DNA from: Alistipes sp.
GTDB lineage: Bacteria > Bacteroidota > Bacteroidia > Bacteroidales > Rikenellaceae
Assembly: GCA_045614205.1 (NCBI GenBank)
Contig: JAZLCL010000015.1
Span: forward strand, 11,120-75,119
Length of the DNA: 64,000 nt
Reading direction: 5' to 3'
The position numbers were made by a program, and so were the translations under genes. Positions 39,720-51,456 of the stretch are shown here, piece by piece. The notes below the pieces were generated by a model. It saw nothing but the letters and a program-made list of their open reading frames with translations. It ran no database searches and had not been told where the DNA came from. The number at the start of each line of letters is the position of its first letter. Positions within the stretch are counted from its first letter, which is position 1.

Positions 39720-40787
39720 CTAAATTTTCACACTTACGATAGGTTGCGAGGTGTCACTATCAAGTAGCAATGAGTGGTAGGCTACCGTAGTAAAGTCAAT
39801 GGTAGATAGGTCTATACAGCGGATGCTATTGTTGTACGCCGTCTTATAGTACACCTTACGTGCCGTAAGATCTATGGCCGACGTCCACTGCGTGGCACTC
39901 GGCAAGTTCTTCTCCGAAGGATTCTCCATGGCAATAGGCACATCGAAGTTGTTTAGTATATGGAAGCACTGCAACACCGTCTGCAGACCATCGCTACGTT
40001 GGGGTGCACTATTGCGGAAGAAGGCGGCACGCACGAAGCGTGATGGCGGCGTAAAGTCTCCAGGCAGACCGAGCATTGCGGAGCTGCCACCGAGTGGCTC
40101 CAGGGTGACACCTCCGAGGGTGTAATTCGAGGCACTACCTGGACGTAGGTTGACATAGTTCTCGAGGTTTGCTACCTGCCACTCGTAGCCAGGGGCATTG
40201 GTGAGCACGCCAACAGCATTCTCGTAGAAGTATACCTTGCCATCCACAATCTCCATGACAACCTGACGACCCGACGGCTCGCCGATACGCCAGTGCACAA
40301 CAGCACTGCGTTCCAGCCCCACAATACGCACCTTACGCACCGCAGCCTTAATCTCATCTATCGTAGCAAACTGCGTGAGCATCCACTGCACAACCTGCAA
40401 ATCGGCAATAGTTAGGTCATCCTTGGCTGCATCATATGGAGCATAGCCACCATAGCGCGGAAAGAAGAAGAGGCCCGCAGAGAGTCCAGCCTCGTTGATG
40501 CCCTCGGCAATAAACTCCTTCTCCACAACCGCAAGACCCACGGTGCCATAGCGTGCAGTATAGAGCATACCATTCATTCCTGTGGGCGTGTACGACTGTA
40601 GCTTCTCACCTCGCGGAATGATAACATACTCACTCTTAAGTGCGCCATATGCCCACTCTATGGTGCGAGCCTGCACATAGCTATTATCTGCCGCCGTGAG
40701 TGATATTCCCGTACAGGCGATTGAGGCGTGTGTGCCACCACATATAGCAGCGACACCCAAAAGTAATCTTTTCATTATCCTATTCAT
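39720..40787 (-). CDS. Choloylglycine hydrolase family (BSH/penicillin V acylase, Ntn fold), exported
   Basis: Signal peptide followed by the catalytic Cys (A-CTGI), ART.E, EGINEAGL, VLTNAP, LPGDFTPPSRFVR; start probably 40787 or 40775. Confidence 0.9.
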   Translation of the reverse strand: MNRIMKRLLLGVAAICGGTHASIACTGISLTAADNSYVQARTIEWAYGALKSEYVIIPRGEKLQSYTPTGMNGMLYTARYGTVGLAVVEKEFIAEGINEAGLSAGLFFFPRYGGYAPYDAAKDDLTIADLQVVQWMLTQFATIDEIKAAVRKVRIVGLERSAVVHWRIGEPSGRQVVMEIVDGKVYFYENAVGVLTNAPGYEWQVANLENYVNLRPGSASNYTLGGVTLEPLGGSSAMLGLPGDFTPPSRFVRAAFFRNSAPQRSDGLQTVLQCFHILNNFDVPIAMENPSEKNLPSATQWTSAIDLTARKVYYKTAYNNSIRCIDLSTIDFTTVAYHSLLLDSDTSQPIVSVKI

Positions 40788-40850
40788 AATCTTTGGTATT
40801 TGTATTGTTCGTAGCACAACACACATAAATCACGCCAACTGCAATAGGAT

Positions 40851-40887
40851 AAAAAAAGAGGTTACTCCCTTTTAAAGGAATAACCTC
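40851..40887 (-). terminator. Intrinsic terminator
   Basis: GAGGTTA.TCC...GGA.TAACCTC with a T-run on the minus strand. Confidence 0.7.
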
Positions 40888-40906
40888 AAATGATATATAT
40901 CTTTTT

Positions 40907-41221
40907 TTAGAACTCGTCATCAGCGACATCATCAGATGGTGAGTCGGCCAATTCGTCGGCACCCTTCAAGTCGTCATCATCGTAGTATCCATCGTTATCG
41001 TCATCCTGACCATCGTCTACCTTAACATCAATCTTTACCATGTAGTAAGTATCCTCTGTCTCGTAAGGAACGGTATAGAAGAATGAGCCATCTGGCTTGT
41101 CGTAGCGCATCATAACCTCGCTAAAACCAAGAGGATAGAGTGCCTTCACTTCAGCCTGCTGCTCGGGTGTTAGATTGTGAAAACTTGTAATAAGACGTCT
41201 CTTCGTACTATTAGTAGCCAT
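40907..41221 (-). CDS. Small protein with a very acidic C-terminal tail (104 aa)
   Basis: Basic N-terminus, YP.G and ETEDTYYMVKI core, Asp-rich tail; has its own terminator. Confidence 0.8.
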   Translation of the reverse strand: MATNSTKRRLITSFHNLTPEQQAEVKALYPLGFSEVMMRYDKPDGSFFYTVPYETEDTYYMVKIDVKVDDGQDDDNDGYYDDDDLKGADELADSPSDDVADDEF

Positions 41222-41339
41222 AAAAATATTTTAACATTTAACTTCGAAAATTCTCTATATCGTTTTCGCACCAAAATCTGTTGTCACGAAATTTTCCGCA
41301 AATGTAACTACAATTTGATAATGTGCAAGCATTGCGTAA

Positions 41340-43523
<2,184 letters not shown>

Positions 43524-43556
43524 GAGAAAACATAGAAGGACAAACTTTTTACACAC

Positions 43557-44444
43557 ATGATACGAGATATGATAAAGGGTGTAGGTGTGGCACTTATCAC
43601 CCCATTTGACAACTACAAGGTAGACTACAAGGCGCTGGAACGCATGGTTGAACATGTCATAAACGGCGGCGTAGACTACATCGTGGCCCTCGGCTCCACA
43701 GCCGAAACGGCAACACTATCACAATCCGAGAGACAGCGCGTATTGCGCTTCATCATAGAGCACACCAAGGGTCGTGTGCCCGTGGTGGTGGGCATGGGTG
43801 GCAACGACACATACGCGCTTGTGTCGGAGCTGCGCAGCTATGACCTATCGGGTGCAGTGGCCATATTAAGCGTAGTGCCATACTACAATAAACCTTCACA
43901 AGAGGGCATATACCGCCACTACATGGCCGTTGCCGAGGCATCACCTGTGCCTGTAATATTATACAATGTACCAGGCCGCACGGGTGTTAACATGACAGCT
44001 GAAACAACACTACGTCTGGCCAACGCCTCACGCAACATCGTGGCAGTAAAGGAGGCCTCGGGCAACATCGAGCAGATGCAGCGCATCATAGATGGCAGGC
44101 CTGCAGACTTTCTTGTTCTCTCGGGTGACGATGGCATCACCGTGGAGCTCGTAAAGCGTGGCGGCAATGGCGTAATATCTGTTGCTGCAAATGCCTTCAC
44201 GAAGCGCTTCTGTGACTGCGTGCACAAGGCAATGGAGGGCAATATCGCCGAGGCAGAGACCATAATGGCAGATTTGACAGAGCCAATATCGCTACTCTTC
44301 CGCGAGGGTAACCCTACAGGCGTAAAGAGCATGACAGCGGCGATGGGATTAACGCGTGCCGAGGTGCGTCTACCCCTTGTTGAGGGCAGCGACACGCTAT
44401 ACCACGACATCAAAAGTGCCATCACGAAATACGAACTACGCTAA
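43557..44444 (+). CDS. dapA: 4-hydroxy-tetrahydrodipicolinate synthase
   Basis: ALITPF, GSTAE, PYYNKPSQEG, LYNVPGRT, KEASG, LSGDD. Confidence 0.96.
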   Translation: MIRDMIKGVGVALITPFDNYKVDYKALERMVEHVINGGVDYIVALGSTAETATLSQSERQRVLRFIIEHTKGRVPVVVGMGGNDTYALVSELRSYDLSGAVAILSVVPYYNKPSQEGIYRHYMAVAEASPVPVILYNVPGRTGVNMTAETTLRLANASRNIVAVKEASGNIEQMQRIIDGRPADFLVLSGDDGITVELVKRGGNGVISVAANAFTKRFCDCVHKAMEGNIAEAETIMADLTEPISLLFREGNPTGVKSMTAAMGLTRAEVRLPLVEGSDTLYHDIKSAITKYELR

Positions 44445-44471
44445 CATTTACGTTGTTCTATAAAAAAGAGT

Positions 44472-45239
44472 ATGACAAAATATATAAAGCGACTAATCCT
44501 TGTAGTTACGGCTATAGTAGCACTTTGCGGCACATCACAGGCGCAAGAGGAGACGACAATACGTGTACCCGACGAGGATGACATCATCCATCAGACGCTA
44601 TCAACAACATCGCCCTACTACTACACGAACCTGATGTTGAAGTATACGATGGGCAACGAATCCCTCACAGACCTCGAGTACTACTATCTATATTACGGAT
44701 TCGTATACCAGGAACGCTACCGCCCATTTGTTGAGAATAGGGCGCTGGATAATATGCTCGATATAATGTCGCGCATAGACCCCGAACGCCCCAAGGTTGG
44801 CGACCTTGAGGACCTCATAGAGGCGGGCATAGAGTCTATGGATTTAGACCCCTTCAACCCGAAGATGCTTAACATGATGGCCTTCGCCTACGGATGTCTG
44901 GATGACCCACAGCGCGAGAAGCTATACTTCGACCACCTAAACGGCATACTCAAGGCCATAGAGTCGTCTGGTACGGGTCGTAAGGAGGAGTCGCCATGGC
45001 ACATACTCATGTTCTCACACGCCTACGACGTGGTGGCAGCAAAGGGTTATGCCTACAACGAGAGTCGTATAATAAGCCGTAGCGTGGAGTATGTACCCCT
45101 GCTGCGCAAGACTCACGACAACATCAAGGGCTTCTACTTCGACTATAGCCGCGTATATCGCAACAAGCCAGACGACGTAACAATACGCCGCGACAGGACA
45201 TGGCAGTTTAATAATTTGAAACCACAGGAGTATAAGTAA
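44472..45239 (+). CDS. Secreted protein, DUF4919-like
   Basis: Signal peptide; PYYY.NLM..Y...LT..EYYYLYYGF..Q..Y.P pattern (family recalled, not searched). Confidence 0.65.
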   Translation: MTKYIKRLILVVTAIVALCGTSQAQEETTIRVPDEDDIIHQTLSTTSPYYYTNLMLKYTMGNESLTDLEYYYLYYGFVYQERYRPFVENRALDNMLDIMSRIDPERPKVGDLEDLIEAGIESMDLDPFNPKMLNMMAFAYGCLDDPQREKLYFDHLNGILKAIESSGTGRKEESPWHILMFSHAYDVVAAKGYAYNESRIISRSVEYVPLLRKTHDNIKGFYFDYSRVYRNKPDDVTIRRDRTWQFNNLKPQEYK

Positions 45240-45278
45240 AGGATTTTTTGTACCTTTGCACACCTATTATACAAAAGA

Positions 45279-46769
45279 ATGAAAAAGATAACTACGTACA
45301 TAACATATCTTATTCTTGCCGCAGTGGTCATGCTGACGGGCTGCGAGGAGACACCATCGAGATACTATAACATCAGCGTTGACCCGCAAGTGAGTTGTAG
45401 CTTCGACCGTCATATATTCGAGGTTAAGTATCAGCTTATGGGCGACAGCATGACAGGAGATGAGCACCTTGCTATAGCCTCTACGCAGGCAGACTGGGTT
45501 GTAGACATCGACAACTCGAAGAAGGGAGTATTCGCCATAGAGGTAGAGGTGAATGAGGGAGGCATACGTAGCGCCACCATCGAGGTACGTGCGGAGGGTC
45601 ATATGAGCACCACATTCACCCTCACACAGCTTGCAGCACCCACAGGAGCATCACACACACTCATGTACTACTTCTTTGGCACGAGTCTCAACCGCTTCTT
45701 CAACGACAACATATCAGATGCCAAGAGTGCCATATCTACAGGCATCCTCGGCGAAAACAACCGTGTGCTATACCTACGACAGAACAGCGGCACAACAGGC
45801 TATATTGGTGAGTTGTGCTACGACCCTGTAAACAACACATGCATAGAACGCCACATCAAAGATATCACCATTGAGGGTTCACACTTGACTCCCGAGCAGA
45901 TAGGTCAGCACATAGCCTTCATGGCTGCCGAGGCACCAGCCGACCGCTACGGTATGATCATGGCAGGGCATGGTCAGGGGTGGTTGACACGTGATATAGT
46001 AAACGGAGAGAATGGAGCATCGGTATTCAGCGTCGGTGGCGAGACATGGGCACCAGCATATGGTGCGGAGATAACACGTGCCTTTGGCGAGTCGAACGTA
46101 TGCATGAACATCCCAGAACTTGCACGAGGCATAGAGTCGTCGGGCGTGGAACTCGACTACATACTCTTTGACGCCTGCTTCATGTCAAACATAGAGTCTA
46201 TATACGACCTTCGCAACACCGCAAACTACATCATAGCCTCGCCATGCGAGATTATGGGTAGAGGCTTCCCCTACCACCGCACACTACCCCACCTCTTTGC
46301 TGCGGGTGGCGCAACAAGCGACCTTAAGAGTGCTGCGGAGAGTTACTACCTATACTACCGCGATGAGTATGCAAGCAACTCGCGCTGCGGATCTGTTGCC
46401 CTGTACGACTGCCGCGAGATAGAGGCCCTCGCCGAGATCACAGCGCAAATAATCCCTACAGCAACGGACAAGTACGACAGTAGCAAGCTCCAGACATACG
46501 AGGGCAAGAAGACACATATATTCTATGACTTCGGTCAGTGGGTGAGGACCGTAGCGACAGATGAGACAGCACTCGCAGCCTTCAACGAGCAGCTGGCACG
46601 TACCGTGATAGCGAAGTATACGCTGCCTACCTTCTACTCGGCATATGGCACATATGGCACATACAAGATAGATGTCGCAGAGTACACAGGCGTTACGACA
46701 TCGGCACCAAGTCAGGCCTATCCAGAGGCATGGAGCCAGACATCGTGGTATAAAGAGGTGTGGGAATAG
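45279..46769 (+). CDS. Clostripain-family (C11) cysteine peptidase lipoprotein with a BACON-like N-domain
   Basis: Lipobox LTGC, W...N...RSATI BACON pattern, catalytic GHG.GW and FDACFM; TACCTTTG box at 45251-45258. Confidence 0.88.
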   Translation: MKKITTYITYLILAAVVMLTGCEETPSRYYNISVDPQVSCSFDRHIFEVKYQLMGDSMTGDEHLAIASTQADWVVDIDNSKKGVFAIEVEVNEGGIRSATIEVRAEGHMSTTFTLTQLAAPTGASHTLMYYFFGTSLNRFFNDNISDAKSAISTGILGENNRVLYLRQNSGTTGYIGELCYDPVNNTCIERHIKDITIEGSHLTPEQIGQHIAFMAAEAPADRYGMIMAGHGQGWLTRDIVNGENGASVFSVGGETWAPAYGAEITRAFGESNVCMNIPELARGIESSGVELDYILFDACFMSNIESIYDLRNTANYIIASPCEIMGRGFPYHRTLPHLFAAGGATSDLKSAAESYYLYYRDEYASNSRCGSVALYDCREIEALAEITAQIIPTATDKYDSSKLQTYEGKKTHIFYDFGQWVRTVATDETALAAFNEQLARTVIAKYTLPTFYSAYGTYGTYKIDVAEYTGVTTSAPSQAYPEAWSQTSWYKEVWE

Positions 46770-46849
46770 GAAATTAAATATATTTTGCTATCTTTGCAGC
46801 CAATTTAACAGCACTAATTTGTTTATAATAACTTAATAAGATACCCATC

Positions 46850-48190
46850 ATGTTTGAAAATCTAACCGAGAAACTCGAACGATCGTTTAAGATTCTTAAG
46901 GGCGAGGGTCGCATATCAGAGATTAACGTCGCTGAAACACTAAAGGAGATACGTCGTGCGCTTATCGACGCCGATGTTAACTATAAGGTTGCAAAGACAT
47001 TCACCGATGAGGTGAAGCAGAAGGCTTTGGGTCAGGATGTGCTTCGTTCAGTGAAACCAGGTCAGATGATGACCAAGATTGTGCGCGACGAGCTTGCAGC
47101 GTTGATGGGTGGCACAGCCACAGACATCCGCCTCGAGGGTAACCCCGCAGTAATCCTCATCGCCGGTCTTCAGGGTTCTGGTAAGACAACATTCTCGGGT
47201 AAGCTCGCAGGCCACATCAAGTGCAAGAAGGGTCGTCAGGTGCTCCTCGTTGCCGGTGACGTATACCGCCCTGCGGCTATAGACCAGCTCAAGATCCTCG
47301 GCCAGACAGTTGGCGTTGAGGTATACACCGAGCCAGGAAACAACAACCCTGTGGAGATTGCCGAGAATGCTATTAAGTATGCTCGACAGAAGTCGTTCAA
47401 CACAGTTATCATCGATACAGCAGGTCGTCTTGCCGTAGACGAGGCGATGATGGTGGAGATCACCGCTATCAAGGCGGCTGTTAAGCCATCAGAGACACTC
47501 TTCGTCGTTGACTCGATGACAGGTCAGGATGCAGTAAATACAGCCAAGGAGTTCAACGACCGCCTCGACTTCGATGGCGTGGTGCTCACAAAGCTCGACG
47601 GTGATACACGTGGTGGTGCTGCCATCTCCATCCGTTCGGTTGTAGATAAGCCTTTGAAGTTTATCTCTGCGGGTGAGAAGATGGACGCCATCCAGGTATT
47701 CCACCCGGAACGTATGGCTGACCGTATCCTAGGCATGGGTGACGTGGTATCACTCGTGGAACGTGCACAGGAGCAGTTCGATGAGGAGCAGGCACGAAAG
47801 CTTAAGAAGAAACTCATCAAGGATCAGTTCAACTTCAACGACTTCCGCGATCAAATTGCACAGATCAAGAAGATGGGTAACCTTAAGGACTTGGCATCTA
47901 TGATCCCAGGCATGGGTAAGATGCTTAAGAACGTAGATATTCCAGATGATGCATTCAAGCAGACAGAGGCCATCATCGACTCTATGACACCAGCAGAACG
48001 TGAGCAGCCAGAGATCATCAATGCACGTCGCCGCGAACGTATCGCCAAGGGTTCAGGTACTACCGTTGCAGACGTTAATCGTCTTCTCAAGCAGTTTGAG
48101 GATACACGCAAGATGATGAAGACCGTTGCTGGCGGTGGCTTCCAGCAGCAGATGCAGCGCATGCAGCGCGGAGGTATGCGCCGCCGATAA
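46850..48190 (+). CDS. ffh: Signal recognition particle protein
   Basis: GLQGSGKTT, DVYRPAA, DTAGR, TKLDGDTRGGAA, M-domain RIAKGSG. Confidence 0.98.
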   Translation: MFENLTEKLERSFKILKGEGRISEINVAETLKEIRRALIDADVNYKVAKTFTDEVKQKALGQDVLRSVKPGQMMTKIVRDELAALMGGTATDIRLEGNPAVILIAGLQGSGKTTFSGKLAGHIKCKKGRQVLLVAGDVYRPAAIDQLKILGQTVGVEVYTEPGNNNPVEIAENAIKYARQKSFNTVIIDTAGRLAVDEAMMVEITAIKAAVKPSETLFVVDSMTGQDAVNTAKEFNDRLDFDGVVLTKLDGDTRGGAAISIRSVVDKPLKFISAGEKMDAIQVFHPERMADRILGMGDVVSLVERAQEQFDEEQARKLKKKLIKDQFNFNDFRDQIAQIKKMGNLKDLASMIPGMGKMLKNVDIPDDAFKQTEAIIDSMTPAEREQPEIINARRRERIAKGSGTTVADVNRLLKQFEDTRKMMKTVAGGGFQQQMQRMQRGGMRRR

Positions 48191-48216
48191 TAGGCACCAT
48201 ACACATACAAACAATT

Positions 48217-48336
48217 GAGAGTGAATAAAAAGTGTATTTTGTCGTTACGCTTGCCCTCAAAATGCTCATTTACGCACAGTAAACTCCGCTTTTTCGGGCT
48301 TCGCAAGCCTAAAACTACATCTTTTTATTCACTCTC
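48217..48336. repeat. 120-bp imperfect palindrome, ERIC/MITE-like
   Basis: 16-bp terminal inverted repeat GAGAGTGAATAAAAAG/CTTTTTATTCACTCTC, inner arms GCTTGC/GCAAGC, core TCATTTAC-N5-GTAAACTCC. Confidence 0.75.
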
Positions 48337-48347
48337 CCAACATATGA

Positions 48348-48379
48348 AGGGCTGACTAATTTACTTTTTAGTCAGCCCT
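48348..48379. terminator. Terminator hairpin between ffh and the diadenylate cyclase
   Basis: AGGGCTGACTAA...TTAGTCAGCCCT. Confidence 0.75.
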
Positions 48380-48391
48380 ATATATTTAATC

Positions 48392-49192
48392 TTATGACTC
48401 CTGCTCCTCGCGGCGCTGATCATTCTTACGCATCAAAGCACGGATAGCAACCTCGAGACGCTGTGGGTCGACATTGCGTTTGATGACAGAGTCGTGGGCA
48501 AGAGATATGCCTCCTGTCTCCTCTGATACAGCTATGACGATAGCATCCGACACCTCACTCATGCCGAGAGCTGCACGATGACGCATACCGTACGACTTGG
48601 GCACCTCCTGCTGTGTTGAAGGAAGAACGCACTTCGCCGCAACAACCCTATTGCCATGTATCACAACGCCACCATCATGCAAGGGCGCATTCTTAAAGAA
48701 GATATTCTCGAGCAACGCTGTTGACACCTTGGCATCGATGGCAATACCACTCTCCTCAACCACGCCAAGGTCGTTGAGCTGGCGGATGATGATTAGTGCA
48801 CCCACCTTCTGCTCACCCATCTCCTGGCATGCTACGACGATAGGCTTGAGATCTATCTCGTTCTCGGGCTTACGAGCACGCAGGTTGAAGATGCGCGACA
48901 ACCACTGGAAACGGCCACGCTGACGGCCGATAACCTGCAAGAAGTGGCGTATCTCGGGCTGGAAGATGATAAGTATGGCAAGGACACCGACAGATATAAT
49001 CTGACCGAGGATTGTGGAGAAGAGCACAAGGTTGAAGGTCTTAACCAAAATCCAAACGAGATATATCACAAAGATGCCAACCATGATATATGGGGCACTT
49101 GTACCGCGCATAGCACGATAAGCACCATAAAGCAGCGATGCCACCAAGAATATATCTATTAAGTCTATAAACTTAATTGGTATAAATCCCAT
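48392..49192 (-). CDS. dacA: Membrane diadenylate cyclase (CdaA/DacA)
   Basis: Three N-terminal TMs, IFQPEIR, NAPLHDGG, GMRHRAA, VSEETG. Confidence 0.93.
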   Translation of the reverse strand: MGFIPIKFIDLIDIFLVASLLYGAYRAMRGTSAPYIMVGIFVIYLVWILVKTFNLVLFSTILGQIISVGVLAILIIFQPEIRHFLQVIGRQRGRFQWLSRIFNLRARKPENEIDLKPIVVACQEMGEQKVGALIIIRQLNDLGVVEESGIAIDAKVSTALLENIFFKNAPLHDGGVVIHGNRVVAAKCVLPSTQQEVPKSYGMRHRAALGMSEVSDAIVIAVSEETGGISLAHDSVIKRNVDPQRLEVAIRALMRKNDQRREEQES

Positions 49193-49243
49193 GTTTCAAA
49201 GGTTTCTATGCCCGAAAAAATCTCTGGGCGCTAAATTAGTTAA

Positions 49244-49284
49244 AAAAGAGAGTGAGCAACTGACACGTTACGGCACTCTCTTTT
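49244..49284 (-). terminator. Terminator after the OmpH-like gene
   Basis: AAAAGAGAGTG...CACTCTCTTTT. Confidence 0.7.
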
Positions 49285-49338
49285 ATTAATAAGCCCTCTG
49301 GGATCGCTATACTACACCCAAAGCGCTGTTAGGATATA

Positions 49339-50016
49339 CTACTCGAGAGCACCAGCCTCGTACAACTCGTCAACCTTACCGAGGATGAGATCAGAGATGT
49401 TGAGTGTAGGATCAGCATCGATAACCGATACTGCATTTACAATCATCTTGTAACGCTTGTCTGCATTGATCTCGTCGAGAGCCTTGCGTGTGAGAGCCTG
49501 GAAACGGTTCATGAGAACAACCTGCTCCTCTGCCAATGCCTGCTCCTCTGCCTGGAGTGTAGCACCCTCTGTCTGCACGGTATTCTGCAAGGCTGTCATG
49601 CGAGACTGGATAGAGTTACCCTTTGTCTGCAACTCCCCCTGCTTCTGCTGTGCATTGAGAGTAGTGATAAGACCTTTGCTATAGTCCGACTCAAGCTTTG
49701 CAGCATCACTCTGCAACTTAGCATACTCGTTAGCAAGTGCCTGCTCCTGGCTTGCCCAGCTCTGCTGTGCTGTAGCAGCCTTCTGCTGGAAAGTCTCCAT
49801 CTTTGCCTCGAGAGCCTTACCCTCTGAAGCATAAAGTTTGCTTGACATCATAACGTAGTCAAGATCAAGATATACAACATCGCCCGAAGCCACACACTCG
49901 ACTGTACGTACCTCGAGTGAGTCACTCGCTGTTGCAGGCTTATTGTCAGCGCCCGAGCCACCACATGAAACCATCATCGCAGCTGCAGCCAAAGTGAATA
50001 GAACACTCTTTTTCAT
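49339..50016 (-). CDS. OmpH/Skp-family lipoprotein
   Basis: Lipobox MVSC, VVYLDLD strand, long Gln-rich coiled coil, Y..I......ADP.LNISD end. Confidence 0.75.
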   Translation of the reverse strand: MKKSVLFTLAAAAMMVSCGGSGADNKPATASDSLEVRTVECVASGDVVYLDLDYVMMSSKLYASEGKALEAKMETFQQKAATAQQSWASQEQALANEYAKLQSDAAKLESDYSKGLITTLNAQQKQGELQTKGNSIQSRMTALQNTVQTEGATLQAEEQALAEEQVVLMNRFQALTRKALDEINADKRYKMIVNAVSVIDADPTLNISDLILGKVDELYEAGALE

Positions 50017-50126
50017 AATTTTTTATACTTTATTTTAGTTAATTTTCGGATTCAAAACACAAAGGTACGAAAATTTATTTACTTTTGTAGAAAATTTATA
50101 ATTATTTTTAATCTACCACACCTACT

Positions 50127-50720
50127 ATGTATGAATATATATCGGGCAGAGTGATAGAGGCAACACCCACCTACGCAGTGATTGAGGCGGCCGGCATCGG
50201 CTACTTCATCAACATATCATTGAAAACATTCTCGAGCATAGAGCACGCCGAGACCTCACGCCTATATGTGCACTTCATTGTGCGCGAGGACCAGCAGACA
50301 CTCTTTGGCTTTGCCACAAAGATGGAGAGAGAACTCTTCAGACAGCTCATCAGCGTCTCGGGAGTGGGAGGCAACACCGCACGAATGATACTCTCGACAT
50401 ACTCCACCAGCGAGTTACAGAACATCATAGCCACGGAGAATGCCGTGCTACTAAAGAATGTCAAGGGCCTTGGTCTTAAGACGGCACAGAAGATCATTGT
50501 GGAGCTATCGGGCAAGATGCTCGAGCTAGGTGCCAGCGAGACATTCACAGCACAGACTCCCGCGGCAACCAACCCTGCAGCCTTCGACGAGGCACTTGCA
50601 GCACTCGCCATGCTCGGCTTCCAAAAGTCAGCATCAGAGAAAGTACTCAAGGGCATCTTCAAGGAACAAGTCGACATTTCCGTCGAGGAGGCCATACGAG
50701 CAGCACTCAAGCGACTATAA
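50127..50720 (+). CDS. ruvA: Holliday junction branch migration protein
   Basis: MYEYISG, GIGY, VRED...LFGF, LISVSGVG, VKGLG.KTAQKI. Confidence 0.96.
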   Translation: MYEYISGRVIEATPTYAVIEAAGIGYFINISLKTFSSIEHAETSRLYVHFIVREDQQTLFGFATKMERELFRQLISVSGVGGNTARMILSTYSTSELQNIIATENAVLLKNVKGLGLKTAQKIIVELSGKMLELGASETFTAQTPAATNPAAFDEALAALAMLGFQKSASEKVLKGIFKEQVDISVEEAIRAALKRL

Positions 50721-50730
50721 ATTGATGGGA

Positions 50731-50765
50731 TTGGGGAATACCGCAAGGCATTCCCTAACTTTTTG
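50731..50765 (+). terminator. Intrinsic terminator
   Basis: GGGAATACC-GCAA-GGCATTCCC then a T-run. Confidence 0.75.
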
Positions 50766-50820
50766 CCGTAAAATATGGAATGTTGCAAAATAATTATTAA
50801 CTTTGTGCGATTATATGTAT

Positions 50821-51441
50821 ATGAATATAGTGCAAAAAATAGGACACATCATTGCGACACTCTGCGTGGCGCTTTCTGTCGTGGCGTGCAAAAACGACAC
50901 AGACACTAAACTCACACAGCAGCAAACAGCGATTGAGACATACCTCAAGGGTTCACATCAGCCACGCCTCATACCAGAGGCCGACGTGGTAAACTCGGTG
51001 GAGGAGGAACCCCAATTCTACACACGCTGGGGTCTCGACATATATCGCTACATTGCCTCGTACTACGCCGAGGGTCGCGACATGAAGCCCGAGATAGTGC
51101 GTGGCACAACATTCGAGATGATATACACAGCATATATCTTCACGAATGGCGCACCATCGGTGGCAAATATGTATGCTACAAACGACGAGGAGTCGCTATC
51201 AAAACTTAAGAATGCAGGACTAAACACCTCGTATGAGTGGACAACAGACCCTATGCGCATAACACTCGGCAGCGACAACCTAATACCAGGTCTCGAGACT
51301 GCACTCGAGGGTTGCCGTGAGGGTGACATCGTAGAGATATACCTAACATACAATGAGGCATATGGCAATAACTACATCGGCAAGGTGCCTAGCAACTCTT
51401 CCGTGGTGTGGTTTATTGAGATTACTGACGTCATTGAATAA
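50821..51441 (+). CDS. FKBP-type peptidyl-prolyl isomerase-like lipoprotein
   Basis: Lipobox VVAC; LG...LIPGLE.AL.G.REG...YL....AYG....G.VP.NS.V.W.IEI; TAACTTTG box at 50798-50805 favours an ATG start at 50815 or 50821. Confidence 0.8.
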   Translation: MNIVQKIGHIIATLCVALSVVACKNDTDTKLTQQQTAIETYLKGSHQPRLIPEADVVNSVEEEPQFYTRWGLDIYRYIASYYAEGRDMKPEIVRGTTFEMIYTAYIFTNGAPSVANMYATNDEESLSKLKNAGLNTSYEWTTDPMRITLGSDNLIPGLETALEGCREGDIVEIYLTYNEAYGNNYIGKVPSNSSVVWFIEITDVIE

Positions 51442-51456
51442 GAGTAACAATAGAAG

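Noticed and set aside
41287-41297. Bacteroidota LexA-type box (GGA-N5-TCC) upstream of ligA
   Set aside because: It reads CGA-N5-TCC; one mismatch in six informative bases is expected by chance
48217-48336. SRP RNA (ffs) next to ffh
   Set aside because: The length and hairpin shape fit, but neither strand has the conserved domain IV CAGG...GNRA...AGCAG motif, and a related element occurs after argS
49261-49275. TGACACGTTACGGCA as a third WYL box upstream of dacA
   Set aside because: It has a mismatch in the right arm, lies inside a terminator hairpin and lacks the shared flanks
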